From Diadema antillarum (taxonomy: Eukaryota): DNA of 64,000 nucleotides. The stretch covers positions 1 to 64,000 of the forward strand of contig NW_027271171.1 in the NCBI RefSeq assembly GCF_040938485.1. Reading direction: 5' to 3'. The translations under genes and the position numbers were made by a program. Below the pieces are notes generated by a model. That model worked only from the letters and a program-made list of their open reading frames with translations. It had not been told where the DNA came from and ran no database searches. This document shows, piece by piece, positions 1 to 11,419 of the stretch (positions are counted from its first letter, which is position 1; each line of letters begins with the position of its first letter).

Positions 1-221
1 CCCAAAAAGAGAAAGCAAACGTCTGTGAAAGACTTTTTCAGGTAAGCCTACACTGGCTACAGTACATTACTGTGCAATTGTATTTTGACAGGCGAATGCG
101 AATGCAAAATGAGGTGCGTAACGGTATTATGAAGTGCGTATTCGCTCGTGCAAGGTGAAGTGAAAGCATTTCGCACCTGCGTGTTGGGTAAAATACAATA
201 GCACAGTAGCCTAGGCTACTG

Positions 222-400
222 CAGGGCTGCCAACATTGGAAACTAGTTGAGAGTGAGATTCCCATAGGCCAATGATATAATACAGGGATCAAAATGAGTG
301 AGATCAACAGAAATGCATGCAAATGAAATACATGTTAGAGTGAGAAACTGGTCCAAAATGAGTGAGTCTCCTTCTTAGTGAGTGAGATTTGGCAGCCCTG
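222..400. mobile_element. MITE, hAT-like termini
   Basis: Perfect 12-bp TIR CAGGGCTGCCAA (222-233) / TTGGCAGCCCTG (389-400); internal GAGTGAGA repeats; no clear TSD. Confidence 0.7.
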
Positions 401-438
401 TAGTTCTAACGTTACTCTACAAAACTATATATCCCAAC

Positions 439-652
439 CACTGACCTAAAAGTAAAAGCATGGACGGGAGGTGGCGTATGCGAAAGATGATGCCAATCAC
501 AGCAGCTTTTCAGCCACCGTAGGACCATGAACGCCGACAATGGGCGCATGCGTGCTGCGAAACGCATATTGTCATGGTCCTAACATGGCGGTGGCATCAC
601 TTTTGTTCGCAAATCAGCACGCACGCCCCCCGTCCATGGTTTTAGGTCAGTG
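439..652. mobile_element. MITE with CACTG termini (CMC/EnSpm-like)
   Basis: 13-bp perfect TIR CACTGACCTAAAA / TTTTAGGTCAGTG plus subterminal CATGGACGGG / CCCGTCCATG; TSD not resolved. Confidence 0.6.
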
Positions 653-664
653 AAGGCAGGGAAT

Positions 665-1110
665 CGGGGCTGCCACTCAAAATTTTCATTTCCCCTACGC
701 CACATGCGTATTTTCCCCTACGGACACCATTTTCCCCCTACGCCCTTGCCTAAAACCCCATTTTTCACCTACGAAACACAGTTTTCCCCTACAAAAAAGA
801 CTTTTCCCCTACGGAGCTAAGTTTTCCCCTACAAATAACCTTAAAGTAGTAAATGATAGTTGCCCCCGGGTAGTTGCCGAGGAATTTTCAATGTGTGTTC
901 GCACTGGAGAATGCGAAAATTCTTTGAAACCCTTTGAGAATTGAGGGGTATTTTTTAAACTTGCCCACAAAATTGAAGAAAAGTTTCAGAAACATCAAAT
1001 CCCCCTACTCTCCCCTACGGAAGATCATTTTCCCCGTAGGTATCCCCTACTACCTACGGAGGTCCATTTTCCCCTATGGTAAGGGAATTCCCTTACGAGT
1101 GGCTGCCTTG
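665..1110. mobile_element. Degenerate MITE with TTTTCCCCTAC subterminal repeat arrays
   Basis: 11/14 TIR match (CGGGGCTGCCACTC / GAGTGGCTGCCTTG), related to the 222-400 TIR; about 12 copies of TTTTCCCCTAC clustered near both ends. Confidence 0.6.
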
Positions 1111-2170
1111 AACGAAGTAGTCGAAACTAAGCGATTCCCCGGCCGTTTTAAATTTTCCATTCACTTTGTATACAGTGGCGTAGATTTGTCTGGAGGAGTG
1201 GGGGGGATGACTGCGAGAGAGCGAAGTGACCAAGCGGGGGAGGAGGTAGGAGGGAGTGTCCCCCCTCCACGGTAGGAACTTTTGGCAAAAATTAGTCACT
1301 CATACACCATTTTAATCAGGTTTTACAGCTAAATCCCCCCCAAAAAAAATCAGCGTTTTATCATGAAAAGTGTGTGGGGGGGGGGGGTGATTGTACAGGC
1401 CATCCCCCTCTCTTCCAAATGTGGGGGATATTATATCCCACATCCCCCCCCCCCCCCGGATCTACGCCCGTGGTATACAAAAATGACAGAAATGTCATTT
1501 TCAGCTATGATAAAGTGAGACTTCCCTAAATCTTCTCTGAATAGATGTACTGTAGAATTATGTTAACTCCAATAGTCTGTTAAAAATTTGCACACGTAGA
1601 GTCCGATGTAAACTGTAAGAAGAGTAAAATATTTAAAAAATTTTTAATTTTTAATTCATTTTGCAAATTTATTCATAAAATCAAATTTTTGCTTGTAATA
1701 TTTCTGATACAAAGTTATGGAAAGCTATTTTATGGTCAAAATATACTTTGTAACATTTCTATCAATTATCTCAGTTACAATAAAGTTGCCGCACTGAAAT
1801 TATTTTTTAATGTTTTTTGTTTTGTGAATTTCGTACGTATTTCTTTGTTTTTTACCTTTTGTTTTTGTTGTTTTTTAGCAAAATTTATCACAAATAATTT
1901 TGAAGCATACATTATGCTAAAAAATTAATTACAGCCATTAAAACTGAAATATGAATTTTTATGAATTGTAAAAACAATTTACATTGAGTTTGTACTCAAA
2001 ATCACATTTTTGAGCGATTTTCGGGTTAATGGATTTGTTTTGTGGTTTATGAACAGTATACGCGGGTGCGACAAATTTAGTTTCTAAAGATGCGAGATAC
2101 TTTAACGAAAGAGTCATGAAACGTCCCGGCTGTGTCATGTCGCTTTGCGAACTACCACTACTACCTAGGG
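1111..2170. mobile_element. Truncated piggyBac-like non-autonomous element (right end only), interrupted by the 1173-1472 MITE
   Basis: Ends CCTAGGG followed by TTAA (2171-2174); flanks of the 1173-1472 insertion rejoin cleanly; left TIR not found. Confidence 0.35.
1173..1472. mobile_element. MITE, CAGTGGCG-type TIR, 5-bp TSD
   Basis: TIR CAGTGGCGTAGAT / ATCTACGCCCGTG; GTATA duplicated on both flanks; internal G/C homopolymer tracts. Confidence 0.75.
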
Positions 2171-4139
2171 TTAAACCTGTTCTGGAGTTCCCCTTTAATA
2201 ATATTCTTAAAATTTCTTAAATGCCTGATCTGTCTTCTGTTTATTTGTACTTTGCAGATGTGCGCCGACTGTAACTGAACTTAACCTGCACTCGGACATT
2301 CCTGGTGATGGGACCACCCCCACTGTTACTGATCACAGTAATACGCTTCAAGACAGTGGTTCAGTACCCCCGAGTGACCCAACCCAGGCTAGCAGCACTA
2401 CAAGAACAGAGGTACCATACCACTGGGACATTGGGTTATTGGTGTCGGGGCAGTCGTCTGTTGTCACTGACAGTGATCGCTATCACTACTTAACACATAG
2501 CTACCAAGGACGAGAGTTTGCAACATATGAGGTCACAAAGAAGGGCAAGCGAGTCCCGCTCACCTTTCAAGAGTCATGGCTCAAAGACTATGAGTGGCTT
2601 TCATACTCCCATTCACAAGGTGGAGGCTACTGCAAGTACTGTGTCTTGTTCCAAGCCAAGTTGGCCAAAGGGGTGCTTGGAACCCTGGTGAAGACCCCAT
2701 TCAAGAATTTCAGCAAGGCCAAAGGCAAAGATGGCATTCTCACACTACATGATGCATACAAATACCACCATGAGGCAATGGTGATGGGAAAGGCATTTCT
2801 GGCAACATACACCAACCCTGAAGCCAGAATTGACACCATTCTCGACAAAAAGGGCCAGGCGCTCTCCGATAAGAACATGCACATCCTCTCAGTGATTGTA
2901 AATACCGTCAAGCTGTGTGGCATGGAGGCCCTACCGTTACGTGGTCACAGAGATGACAGAACAGCAGACCCGCTCACCAACCGAGGAGTCTTCACTGCAA
3001 TTCTAGAGCACGCTGCCAAATGTGATCCGATCCTCCGGGAACATTTGGAGGAGGGAAAGAAGAACCAACAGTACACATCAAAAACGATACAGAACGAGAT
3101 CATTACTGTCATTGCGGACTGCCTGCGTGACAACATCTTGGCACCTCTGAAACACGTAAAATACTTCAGCGTCATTGCTGATGAGGTGACCGATCCACAC
3201 GGAAATCAAGAAGTACTGTCACTATGCTTGAGGTTTGTGGATGTCACTGATACGAAGCCTCACGTCAGGGAGGTCTTCCTGGACTTTCTTCATCTACAGA
3301 GGGCGACTGGTAAGAGGATTGCAGAATCCATCTTAAGCCTCCTCGACAAGCATGGCCTTGATGTACAGGATATGCGTGGGCAGTCATATGATGGAGCGTC
3401 TGCAATGGCTAGTGACAAAAGAGGAGCTCAGGCCGTGATCAAAGAGAAGAACCCACTGGCGCTGTACACGCATTGCCGCTCACATGTTCTGAGCTTGGCC
3501 ATTGGCAAAGCATGCAAAGTAGAAGTACTACGCAACATGATCGACGTGATTAATGAGATCCATCTCTTCTTCCATCTGTCTCCGAAATGACAACGCTTCC
3601 TGGAAACGATACTCGGCACCTATGCACCAGAAAGCCGCGTTCAAAAACTCAAAGGGCTCTGCAAAACGAGATGGACAGAGAGGCACGACTGTCTGGAAAT
3701 ATTCCGTTCTCTTTATGAGTACGTATTCACATGCGTACACGCCATGGTGCAACCAGGTGAATATGCAGAGATCGAGTCATCGTGGGATTGGGATGCTGAA
3801 ACCCGTACCAGGGCTCAGGGATTCATGGCCTCTCTCAGGAATGGCCGCAACATCATAGCCCTGGTCATTCTGGTCAATGGTCTGGATACGGTGAAAGGCC
3901 TGAGCACCAAACTCCAGAAGAGAGATACTGATGTGGTTGCCGCCTACAACCTCATCGACACAGCTATTGAAGAGGTGAGAAGAATGAGAGCGGACTTCGA
4001 CTCGATCTGGAGGAACTGGTGTACAGAGGCCGAGAGGATTGCTGCTGATGTTGGGGGAGAGATCGCGGTCCCTAGAAGAGCCAAGCACCAGACACACCGT
4101 GCAAATACTCCAGCTGACACAGCCAGGTTTGTATTACTT

Positions 4140-4480
4140 TATTGTATCTCCCGAACAGAGTTCGGAATCGGAGGGATACTATGGATTTGGCCTCGTCACA
4201 CCGCCGAGTCCGCGGTAGATATATTTTATTGTGAGTGCTGTACTGGCCACATTTCTTCTCGGATTAACTTCAAATTTGGCATGGAGGTGCATTATGGTAT
4301 GCTTTAGTTATAAAAAAAATACATTTAGTTAGTACATTAATGCTCGTTTAAAAGTCATATCATGGCATGAATGGGACGGGGCTATTTATGTAGCGTACAG
4401 TTTCCACACAGCTACCATTATACCTTTCTTGTAATGCGCCTTAAACAGAGACAATATTCTGATGGTGTCACCAGTGTCTC
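4140..4480. mobile_element. Possible Helentron-associated (HINE/Pearl-like) insert in the hAT intron
   Basis: Starts with short inverted repeats (TATCTCCCGAAC..GTTCGG..GGAGGGATA), a layout typical of such elements; family assignment is by resemblance only. Confidence 0.3.
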
Positions 4481-4790
4481 AAACCTTTGCAATGTTCGTA
4501 TTTTGCAGTGAAGTACTACAAGAGAACTGTTGGGATTCCTTTCATGGACAGCTTTCTACAGGAGCTGGGCGACAGGTTCTCGGCTGACAACCGTGCACTG
4601 AAGTCAATCATGTCACTCGTCCCTCTGGTGATGGTAGGGCTCGCGGATGCCGAGTCACTGGCTGAGGATCAGCTCTTCTGGGAGAAGGATCTCTCTTTCC
4701 CCCTGGCCCTGAAGGTACGATATGACACTTTACATTTAACAGTGAAAAGGTGGTGGAGATTGTGCAGATATTGTATAAAATGAATCTTAA

Positions 4791-5170
4791 AGGCACTGTA
4801 TAACAGTGTTTCCAGTTAAAAAATCTGAACTTCATGATTCCCCATGCTACCAGTGTCTTAGATGAGGTCTAAGAATGAAGCCCTGAAAAAATTGCAGTTC
4901 AAAATGATCATTAAGTGCATTTGAACAGTGAAAACCACTGAGAGACCATTCCAGTTTTCCCCATAGACTGCTGTGTGGTAGATTTTGAGTCCACCCCGGA
5001 CGGGTAAATCATGTGCTCTCAATCGGTACACAATTTGTTAGTGACAGCTGAACTGTCTAAATTTATGTGTTCTAGGGTGATTCTTGGTCCAATTTAACAC
5101 TAACATATGTGTCAGATAGCAAAGTTTGATACTTTTTTAAATGGGGATTCCACAATGTTATACAGTGGCT
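4791..5170. mobile_element. Kolobok-like MITE in the hAT intron
   Basis: TTAA TSD at 4787-4790 and 5171-5174; TIR AGGCACTGTATAACA / TGTTATACAGTGGCT (RR...YY termini). Confidence 0.8.
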
Positions 5171-5810
5171 TTAATATACGTTTATTTCTGTTTTTTTTTA
5201 ATTTTGTGCTTTCAGAGAGAGCTGGTACGCTGGAAGAGTTTCTGTACGGCACTCTGTCAGAAAGGTGACGTCCCTGACAATCTGGTCGACACCCTGCCAC
5301 TAGCTGATGGTGACGTCTTCCCCAACATCACGGAACTGATCTTAGTTGGCTGCACGTCACCAATCGGATCCTGCGAAGCTGAGCGTTCATTCAGTGCCCT
5401 CAGACGTGTGAAGACATACCTCCGTTCCACCATGACAGAGGAGAGACTGGCGGGCCTCACCTTAATGGCAGTACACTTCAGACATGCAGCACAGCTAGAC
5501 AGAGGTGGTCAAGCAGTTCGTCAGGGTTAACCCAAGGCGACTCCTGTGCAACTCCATCCTATTTGACTAGACCACATATTGTCGATGGGCTTATAAAACC
5601 TCGTATCTCAACATTTTGTGAAAATGACTTTTTTGCAGAAATATGAAGTTTAAAGGTAAATGATATGATTGGGAGAAATAAAAAATGCCTTGAGAACCAA
5701 ACTTGCTGAAAGACGTACCAAAGATACACCAGCTGTAGTGTACCTCATGGCTGGAAGGATTAACATTTGTCTTGAAATTGTTTACATTAGGAGAATCGAG
5801 CATTAACATA

Positions 5811-6768
5811 CACTGTTGGTCATAAAGGTGGAATATTTTTGTTAGTTTCAATCCTTCCACTTAAATCATTGTAATTTGAATACTTTCAGAGCATTAAAGA
5901 TGATATTTGGACACAATGTTATTTAATAGTTTTTGCTGAGTTTAGATGAAACACCAATGGTGTAGATCATTTCATGCTTCACTGAGCACTGGTTTTATCC
6001 AGTCACAACAATGTGGATGATGGTGCAAAAGTTTTGTGCGCCCCGTTCTGCACACTTGCGAAAAATTTATAATTTTCAATGTTCCAATTTTTTTCTTTCT
6101 CTTTCCTTAACGTAAATCATAACTTGAATGATTTTTTTCATGCTTCGCTGAGCACGCAAAAATGGCTTATTGGAGATAGGACATTTACAAATCTGCCATT
6201 AATTTGTGATCAGTCACACGTAACAACTTGTGAAAGCCTTGTTTGACTCCAATATTTTTGCAAAATCTCCCGTTCTCCCGTTTGAGATTTAATTTCTCCC
6301 GCCCTGGCTCTGTGTCTCCCGTTTTTTTTTTTAGTTGACGGTCATTTACGCATGACTGAGCACAGCATAAAACGAAGTTGGTAAAATTCGGGTTTTGCCA
6401 AAAACACACCTTTTTTCGCGATGTGCTCAGTGAAGCGTGGTAAAATGCGTGATAGTCACGGATTACCTTATGGGATGAAGAACAAATTTTTTAAACTCAT
6501 TACCCTGGTGAAAATTCTGCTTTTGTAGAATGGGGGGCGGGTTTTTTTTTCATTCACAATTATTCTGAATTTTTGACTGGATAAAACCATTGCTCAGTGA
6601 AGCATGAAATGATCTACACCATTGGTGTTTGATCTAAACTCAGCAAAAACTATTAAATAACATTGTGTCCAAATATCATCTTTAATGCTCTGAAAGTATT
6701 CAAATTACAATGATTTAAGTGGAAGGATTGAAACTAACAAAAATATTCAACCTTTATGACCAACAGTG
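5811..6768. mobile_element. Tc1/mariner-like non-autonomous element with about 195-bp TIRs
   Basis: TA TSD on both sides; TIRs about 5811-6005 and 6574-6768 beginning CACTGTTGGTCATAAAGG, nearly identical; no transposase inside. Confidence 0.85.
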
Positions 6769-7499
6769 TACCAACAACATTGAGAAAGTGTCATTCAATG
6801 ACACAAAGAGATCCCATAAAAACGTACACAACTGTCGCAAGTATACTGATGATAATTCTTACCTAATGAGTTCACATCTGACCACAATTTTTTCACAGTA
6901 GAATCCTTGCATATAGTTTACTTGATTTTATGTGAAGATCGAAGATCGAAATAAATTGTATGATTGTAGCATAACAAGTGGCACCTGTGAAAAGTTTGTT
7001 TATTTGAGTCTCAAATTTTATGCACAACCTTCAATTGGCTGAATAAGCAACATTTAGTTCTACTTAATTTTCATTTCTACTTCATTGGCCTGAACTCCAG
7101 TATAATCAACATCGCAGAGTTTACTTTAATTTAAGAGTTGTGGTACTATACAATTCAACATACGTTACACTGTCTTAAATCTACCTTTTTATCACGTATC
7201 TTTCCCAGTTACTTTTCATTTGTATCTCATGTTGTTAGAGTTAGACCAAAAAGAAAGAACGCACACTAGAGGGAAAACAATTCAAGGGCAAATACTGTGT
7301 GAAGATATAATGATATTCAACTCATCTGGTAATTGATAACCAAACACATGATAACTCTGGATATAACTGTGTTCTAAACTGTTATTTGATCTTATTCTAA
7401 TAAGACGTAATATCATGGACTGCTTTTTATGTTCTCCATTACGTTAGTAGATGCCAGGAAAACATCACTTACGGGGTTCAAATAGCTAAAAAAAAAAAA

Positions 7500-7831
7500 A
7501 AATTGGCGCGACGCCACGCAGCTCACAGACATCGCCTTGTGGACGATGCTCTGCATCGCCATTGGGACATCACAAACCCAGGGACCGCGGAGCCAGGGTC
7601 GGCAAAAAAGATAAAAAATAGAGCATGCAAGTATGCTTAAAATCGCAAGCTGGAACCCTAAAAATGAAAAATCTCCCTACTGTGGGAGGGGGGATACCCC
7701 CCTCCCACACCCTCCCCCCCCCCCTCGCTCGCTTCACTCGCTTGGGCTTGGTCGCTACGCTCCCTCGCAATACCCAGCTCAGCCCCTCAAACCCCCCCCC
7801 CCCCCTTGGAAAAAAGCTAGATCCGCCCCTG
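7500..7831. mobile_element. Right terminus of a CAGGGGCGGATC-type element, possibly the hAT element itself
   Basis: Ends CTAGATCCGCCCCTG; GC-rich subterminal region; no matching left TIR found in the window. Confidence 0.55.
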
Positions 7832-7988
7832 CAGCACAACGTGTATTATGGGAATTTGTGCATGTCTTGTACACAGTATAATACTGTAATACGTACTGTA
7901 GCATAGACGTTTGTTTGTTTGTTTGTAAGTTTATTTTCTGTATTGATTGCTTTTCTCTAACCAGGTATTTATAGTTTTGACTGCAGAT

Positions 7989-8198
7989 ATGGCTACTGAA
8001 GGTGCCAATTGGGCACCAGAGGACATGAGGTGACTGCTGCTTTTGTAGGCAGAACCCAAGGTTCAACATAAACTGAAATCGAAGGTCCGAAACAACTCGG
8101 AGCTTGCCCATGCTGGGTATACACCCAGGGATGGCCATTCTTGTAGAGACAAAATAAACAGAATACAAAGGGAATATAGGGCCATTCACGACGACTAG
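7989..8198 (+). pseudogene. Myb/SANT-like (trihelix, Myb_DNA-bind_4) domain remnant, Harbinger ORF1-like
   Basis: Translation MATEGANWAPEDMR*LLLL*AEPKVQHKLKSKVRNNSELAHAGYTPRDGHSCRDKINRIQREYRAIHDD*; stops at 8031 and 8046 fall where R and W are expected; preceded by a CTGCAG acceptor. Confidence 0.7.
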
Positions 8199-9756
8199 CC
8201 AAAAAAGCGCGCACCGTATATGACCCCTTCTCCTCGCGTCAAATGGCGCAATGCAGCTGCGCAGTGACAAGGCCAGTTTTCGAGTTGGCAATGAGTTTAG
8301 AAATGCAACTTCTTTTGAGGAAGGCGTTTGTAAAGGGTTTTGGAAACGACTTTTAAAAGAGGGTATAGAAAGCCGTTTCAAACTGGAGAAAGATGATAAA
8401 TGCGGCCAGAGCCACAGGCAAATCAACATCCTAGGAAACTCAGAAGTATTTAACCGGAAGCCTTGTTGCTGGCCACAAATTTCATATGAAGTTTCAGGAT
8501 AAATGCACTACTCAGATATTGGTACCTCGTTCATCTAATCAAAACCCTCTGGGCTGCTGGGCTACAACATATGACAGGATGAATTTTAACTACACTCAGT
8601 ATCACACAGAATGTAACAAATTAGTCAACTGAAATGAAATTTTCAAAAGCCAGTACTGTTTTTTCTTTTAAGTACGACATGTGTATTTTCAACTGAATGT
8701 GAGCATGAATAACACAAATTTACTTTTCCACTGCCACGTAGTGCTTTATACCACACTCATGAATGTTTGACAAACTGGAGATGTTACCCAACTCACAGCA
8801 ATAACACCCTGTAGATATAACGTAAAACAAAGTGCGTTTATCAAGTCGGTCAGGTCTCCATACAGTTCTGGATCTGTTGAATAATTACCCTCAATACACT
8901 AATCCCTGGCACAATTACTATAACTATATTATTCTCTTCCAGGGTATCGCATGTCTCGTCACTCCCACGTATGTCTGAAATAAAGCAAGTTACCGTTGTA
9001 CACCCTGTTTTCCATTGAACTTATATTTTCACTCATTTAGACAGTGTGTCTGTCATCTTAAAAAATCTCAGCTCTTTGATGTATTAGCAAATCTAAATTG
9101 ATTCGGTAATTTCATTCTTCTACTAGTGATTATAGACTTGATGTTTTCCTGTCATAAAATGAGCACACAATTCATGTCTTTAGAGCTGGTGCCCTGAATT
9201 GACATGATCCTCTGAATGAATTTACCTGATTTGGATACTGACTTGAAATGATAAAAAAAAAACCCACCAAAAACTCTGATAATTAGACTCACTATAGGTA
9301 CTAGTATATGGTGTGTCCTTCTGTTATGTCCTTTAACTATTTACTGGTCGAACCCTCATCTGACAAAATAAAGGCCAAAAGAGTTTTTTAAAATAATGTG
9401 ACTGGTCCATGAGTACTTCAAACCACAAAACTGTTTGGAAATATGGTTGCTCTGGATTTGCAGTGCCGAATATAATCCATGCACATCCTTCATCACTGCA
9501 GAAGAGCACATTTTCTCTTATTTTGAGAAGTTGCTCTGGACATACTGTTCGAGCTCTGCTGTATTTGCTATTACACCATGACAAATGCTAGTTGTAGCAA
9601 ACTCTTGGCCACTTGTACTGATAACATTCTCACTGAGGCATGGACTGTCACTTAAGACAGGTCACATGACCTGTCAATCTATCGCACAAAACTCTACCAA
9701 TTTGGCCATCTGTCTTCTTCATTTGGTGTAAAGTCACATAACCTTCCCTGGTGTCC

Positions 9757-9801
9757 TCATTGAATGTCCATCATTCGGTCCTTGTATTTTTGTACACTGT
9801 C
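9757..9801 (-). CDS. POLR1D: POLR1D coding exon 5
   Basis: Polypyrimidine tract with TTGCAG acceptor; encodes DSVQKYKDRMMDIQ then TGA. Confidence 0.88.
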   Translation of the reverse strand, partial: DSVQKYKDRMMDIQ

Positions 9802-11382
9802 CTGCAAATGCAAAGGTGAATTTGAGAAAGGGAGAGGCATTACTACTTGTGGACTAAACAACTGCTGGGTAGAATTGAAAAAGAAAAGAGAAAGAAAAAG
9901 ACAGATGTAGTATGAAGAGACAATTCTGTCAAAGATGTATCAGATTTCGTGACATTGCTAAATGGTGCATGTCAACACAAATGGGTTTCTGTAATAACAA
10001 TTACGACTTTTAATTTGCTGACATTAAACTCACTTGACAGCAGCATCAAATTAAAACCCGTTGAGAACAGACTGATTTTGCTACAACATACATTTACCAC
10101 AGACACTTGCCCCAGTATACTTGGGACTCGTCCTCAATGGGTTAACCAAACCATCTATTAAATGGAGGATTCAAACCATTCTTCACAATCACCTGAAGTC
10201 TGCATAGACCTAGAATAGCACCCATCAGGTTTTCCAATATATTACCGAGTATAATCTCTTTGATTTACTAGGATAGTGAGTAAAGACATAACAAGTAGAA
10301 CACACATTACACTCACACACACACACACACACACACTATACATTATTGCAGCGGACAAATTTCCAATTGTTTTACTTGTCTAAAAGTTGGATTTAATTTT
10401 CACTAGGTGGGCAATCATGCAAGTGCAAATGTATGTAGTACTTTGCTACAGCATTTAAAATCACCGTACCTTGAAAGTTTCCTGAATGTGATCACAGACA
10501 TCTGACAGATTTGAGAGTCCTCTGGTGAAGGCAGCAGCAGCAGGTGAACCTAATATCAAGAAACAAAATGAATTGATAAGAAAGTATCACTAACTATAGT
10601 GGTTCATACAGGCCTGGAATAAAAAATAATGATGCTGAGGAATGAAGATGAACAAAAATCCCAATCTGCAAGAAATAGAGAGGTGAATGTTCAATCACTT
10701 TTAAAAACTACAACTGTTATGATGAGGAATGCTCTTTTTGTGTTGTTGATAACCCTGAAACGTGAAAATTTACTTAAACAATCAAGCTTGGCTAAGTCAA
10801 ATTTATTTTGGACTGAATATACAGTAGATTCAACTCGGAGAAAATTCGACTTATGAGGGATTAACATCAATATATTAAAAAAACAGGAGGGCTTGAAAAG
10901 ACCATCAGCTTTGGCAATTATTTGACTTATGCACAGTCGACTTAAGCAAGGTCGACTGTACGTGTATTTAGACAATGACTGGCTAGACAGAAGTATGTTC
11001 ATAGACAGGCAGTTTGGGGGATTAAATGAATGGCTTTTGAAGTGCAAAATAATTGTAATACTTACTCCATTGTGTAGGAAATATTTCTAGGGATTTACAC
11101 ATGGCATATTATTAGTGTTGCAAAACTTGGTAGTTACAATGTAAACATGCTCAACAATGAAAGCAGTCACGATATAAAATAATTCTTTACATGGATTCTT
11201 CTTTGGCTTGGCTGATGGCGGGGGAAAATGGGAAGAGATGAGAATTTGAATATGCTGTGTGGCAAAATGAACAAACAAACACCAAATGCTAACTTTATAT
11301 GCAGAAAACCTAATGAATTTATTTAGCACAAATTTCGTAAATTGTATGGAGCATTCTGAATGAATAGGTACAGCTGTATATG

Positions 11383-11419
<37 letters not shown>

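Larger units (their letters stand above)
2258..5570 (+). pseudogene. Intron-containing hAT transposase (TTF zinc finger + DUF4371 + hAT dimerisation domain; ZMYM1/THAP12-like type), disrupted
   Basis: Exons 2258-4126, 4509-4714 and 5216-5570 with GT-AG sites. Motifs: FQESWLKDYEWLSYS..GGYCKYC, LPLRGHRD, YTSKTIQNEI, FSVIADEVTD, QSYDGASAM, HCRSH, KTRW, SCEAERSFSALRRVKTYLRSTM. Lesions: in-frame TGA at 3588-3590 (SPK*QR, probably from CGA), frameshift near 4512, and frameshift near 5503 (a shifted frame gives VVKQFVRVNPRRLLCNSILFD*). Confidence 0.9.

Noticed and set aside
4127-4307. Read-through tail of ORF 3744-4307 (FVLLYCISRTEFG...)
   Set aside because: hAT similarity stops at the AG|GTTTGT donor; the tail is intronic repeat sequence.
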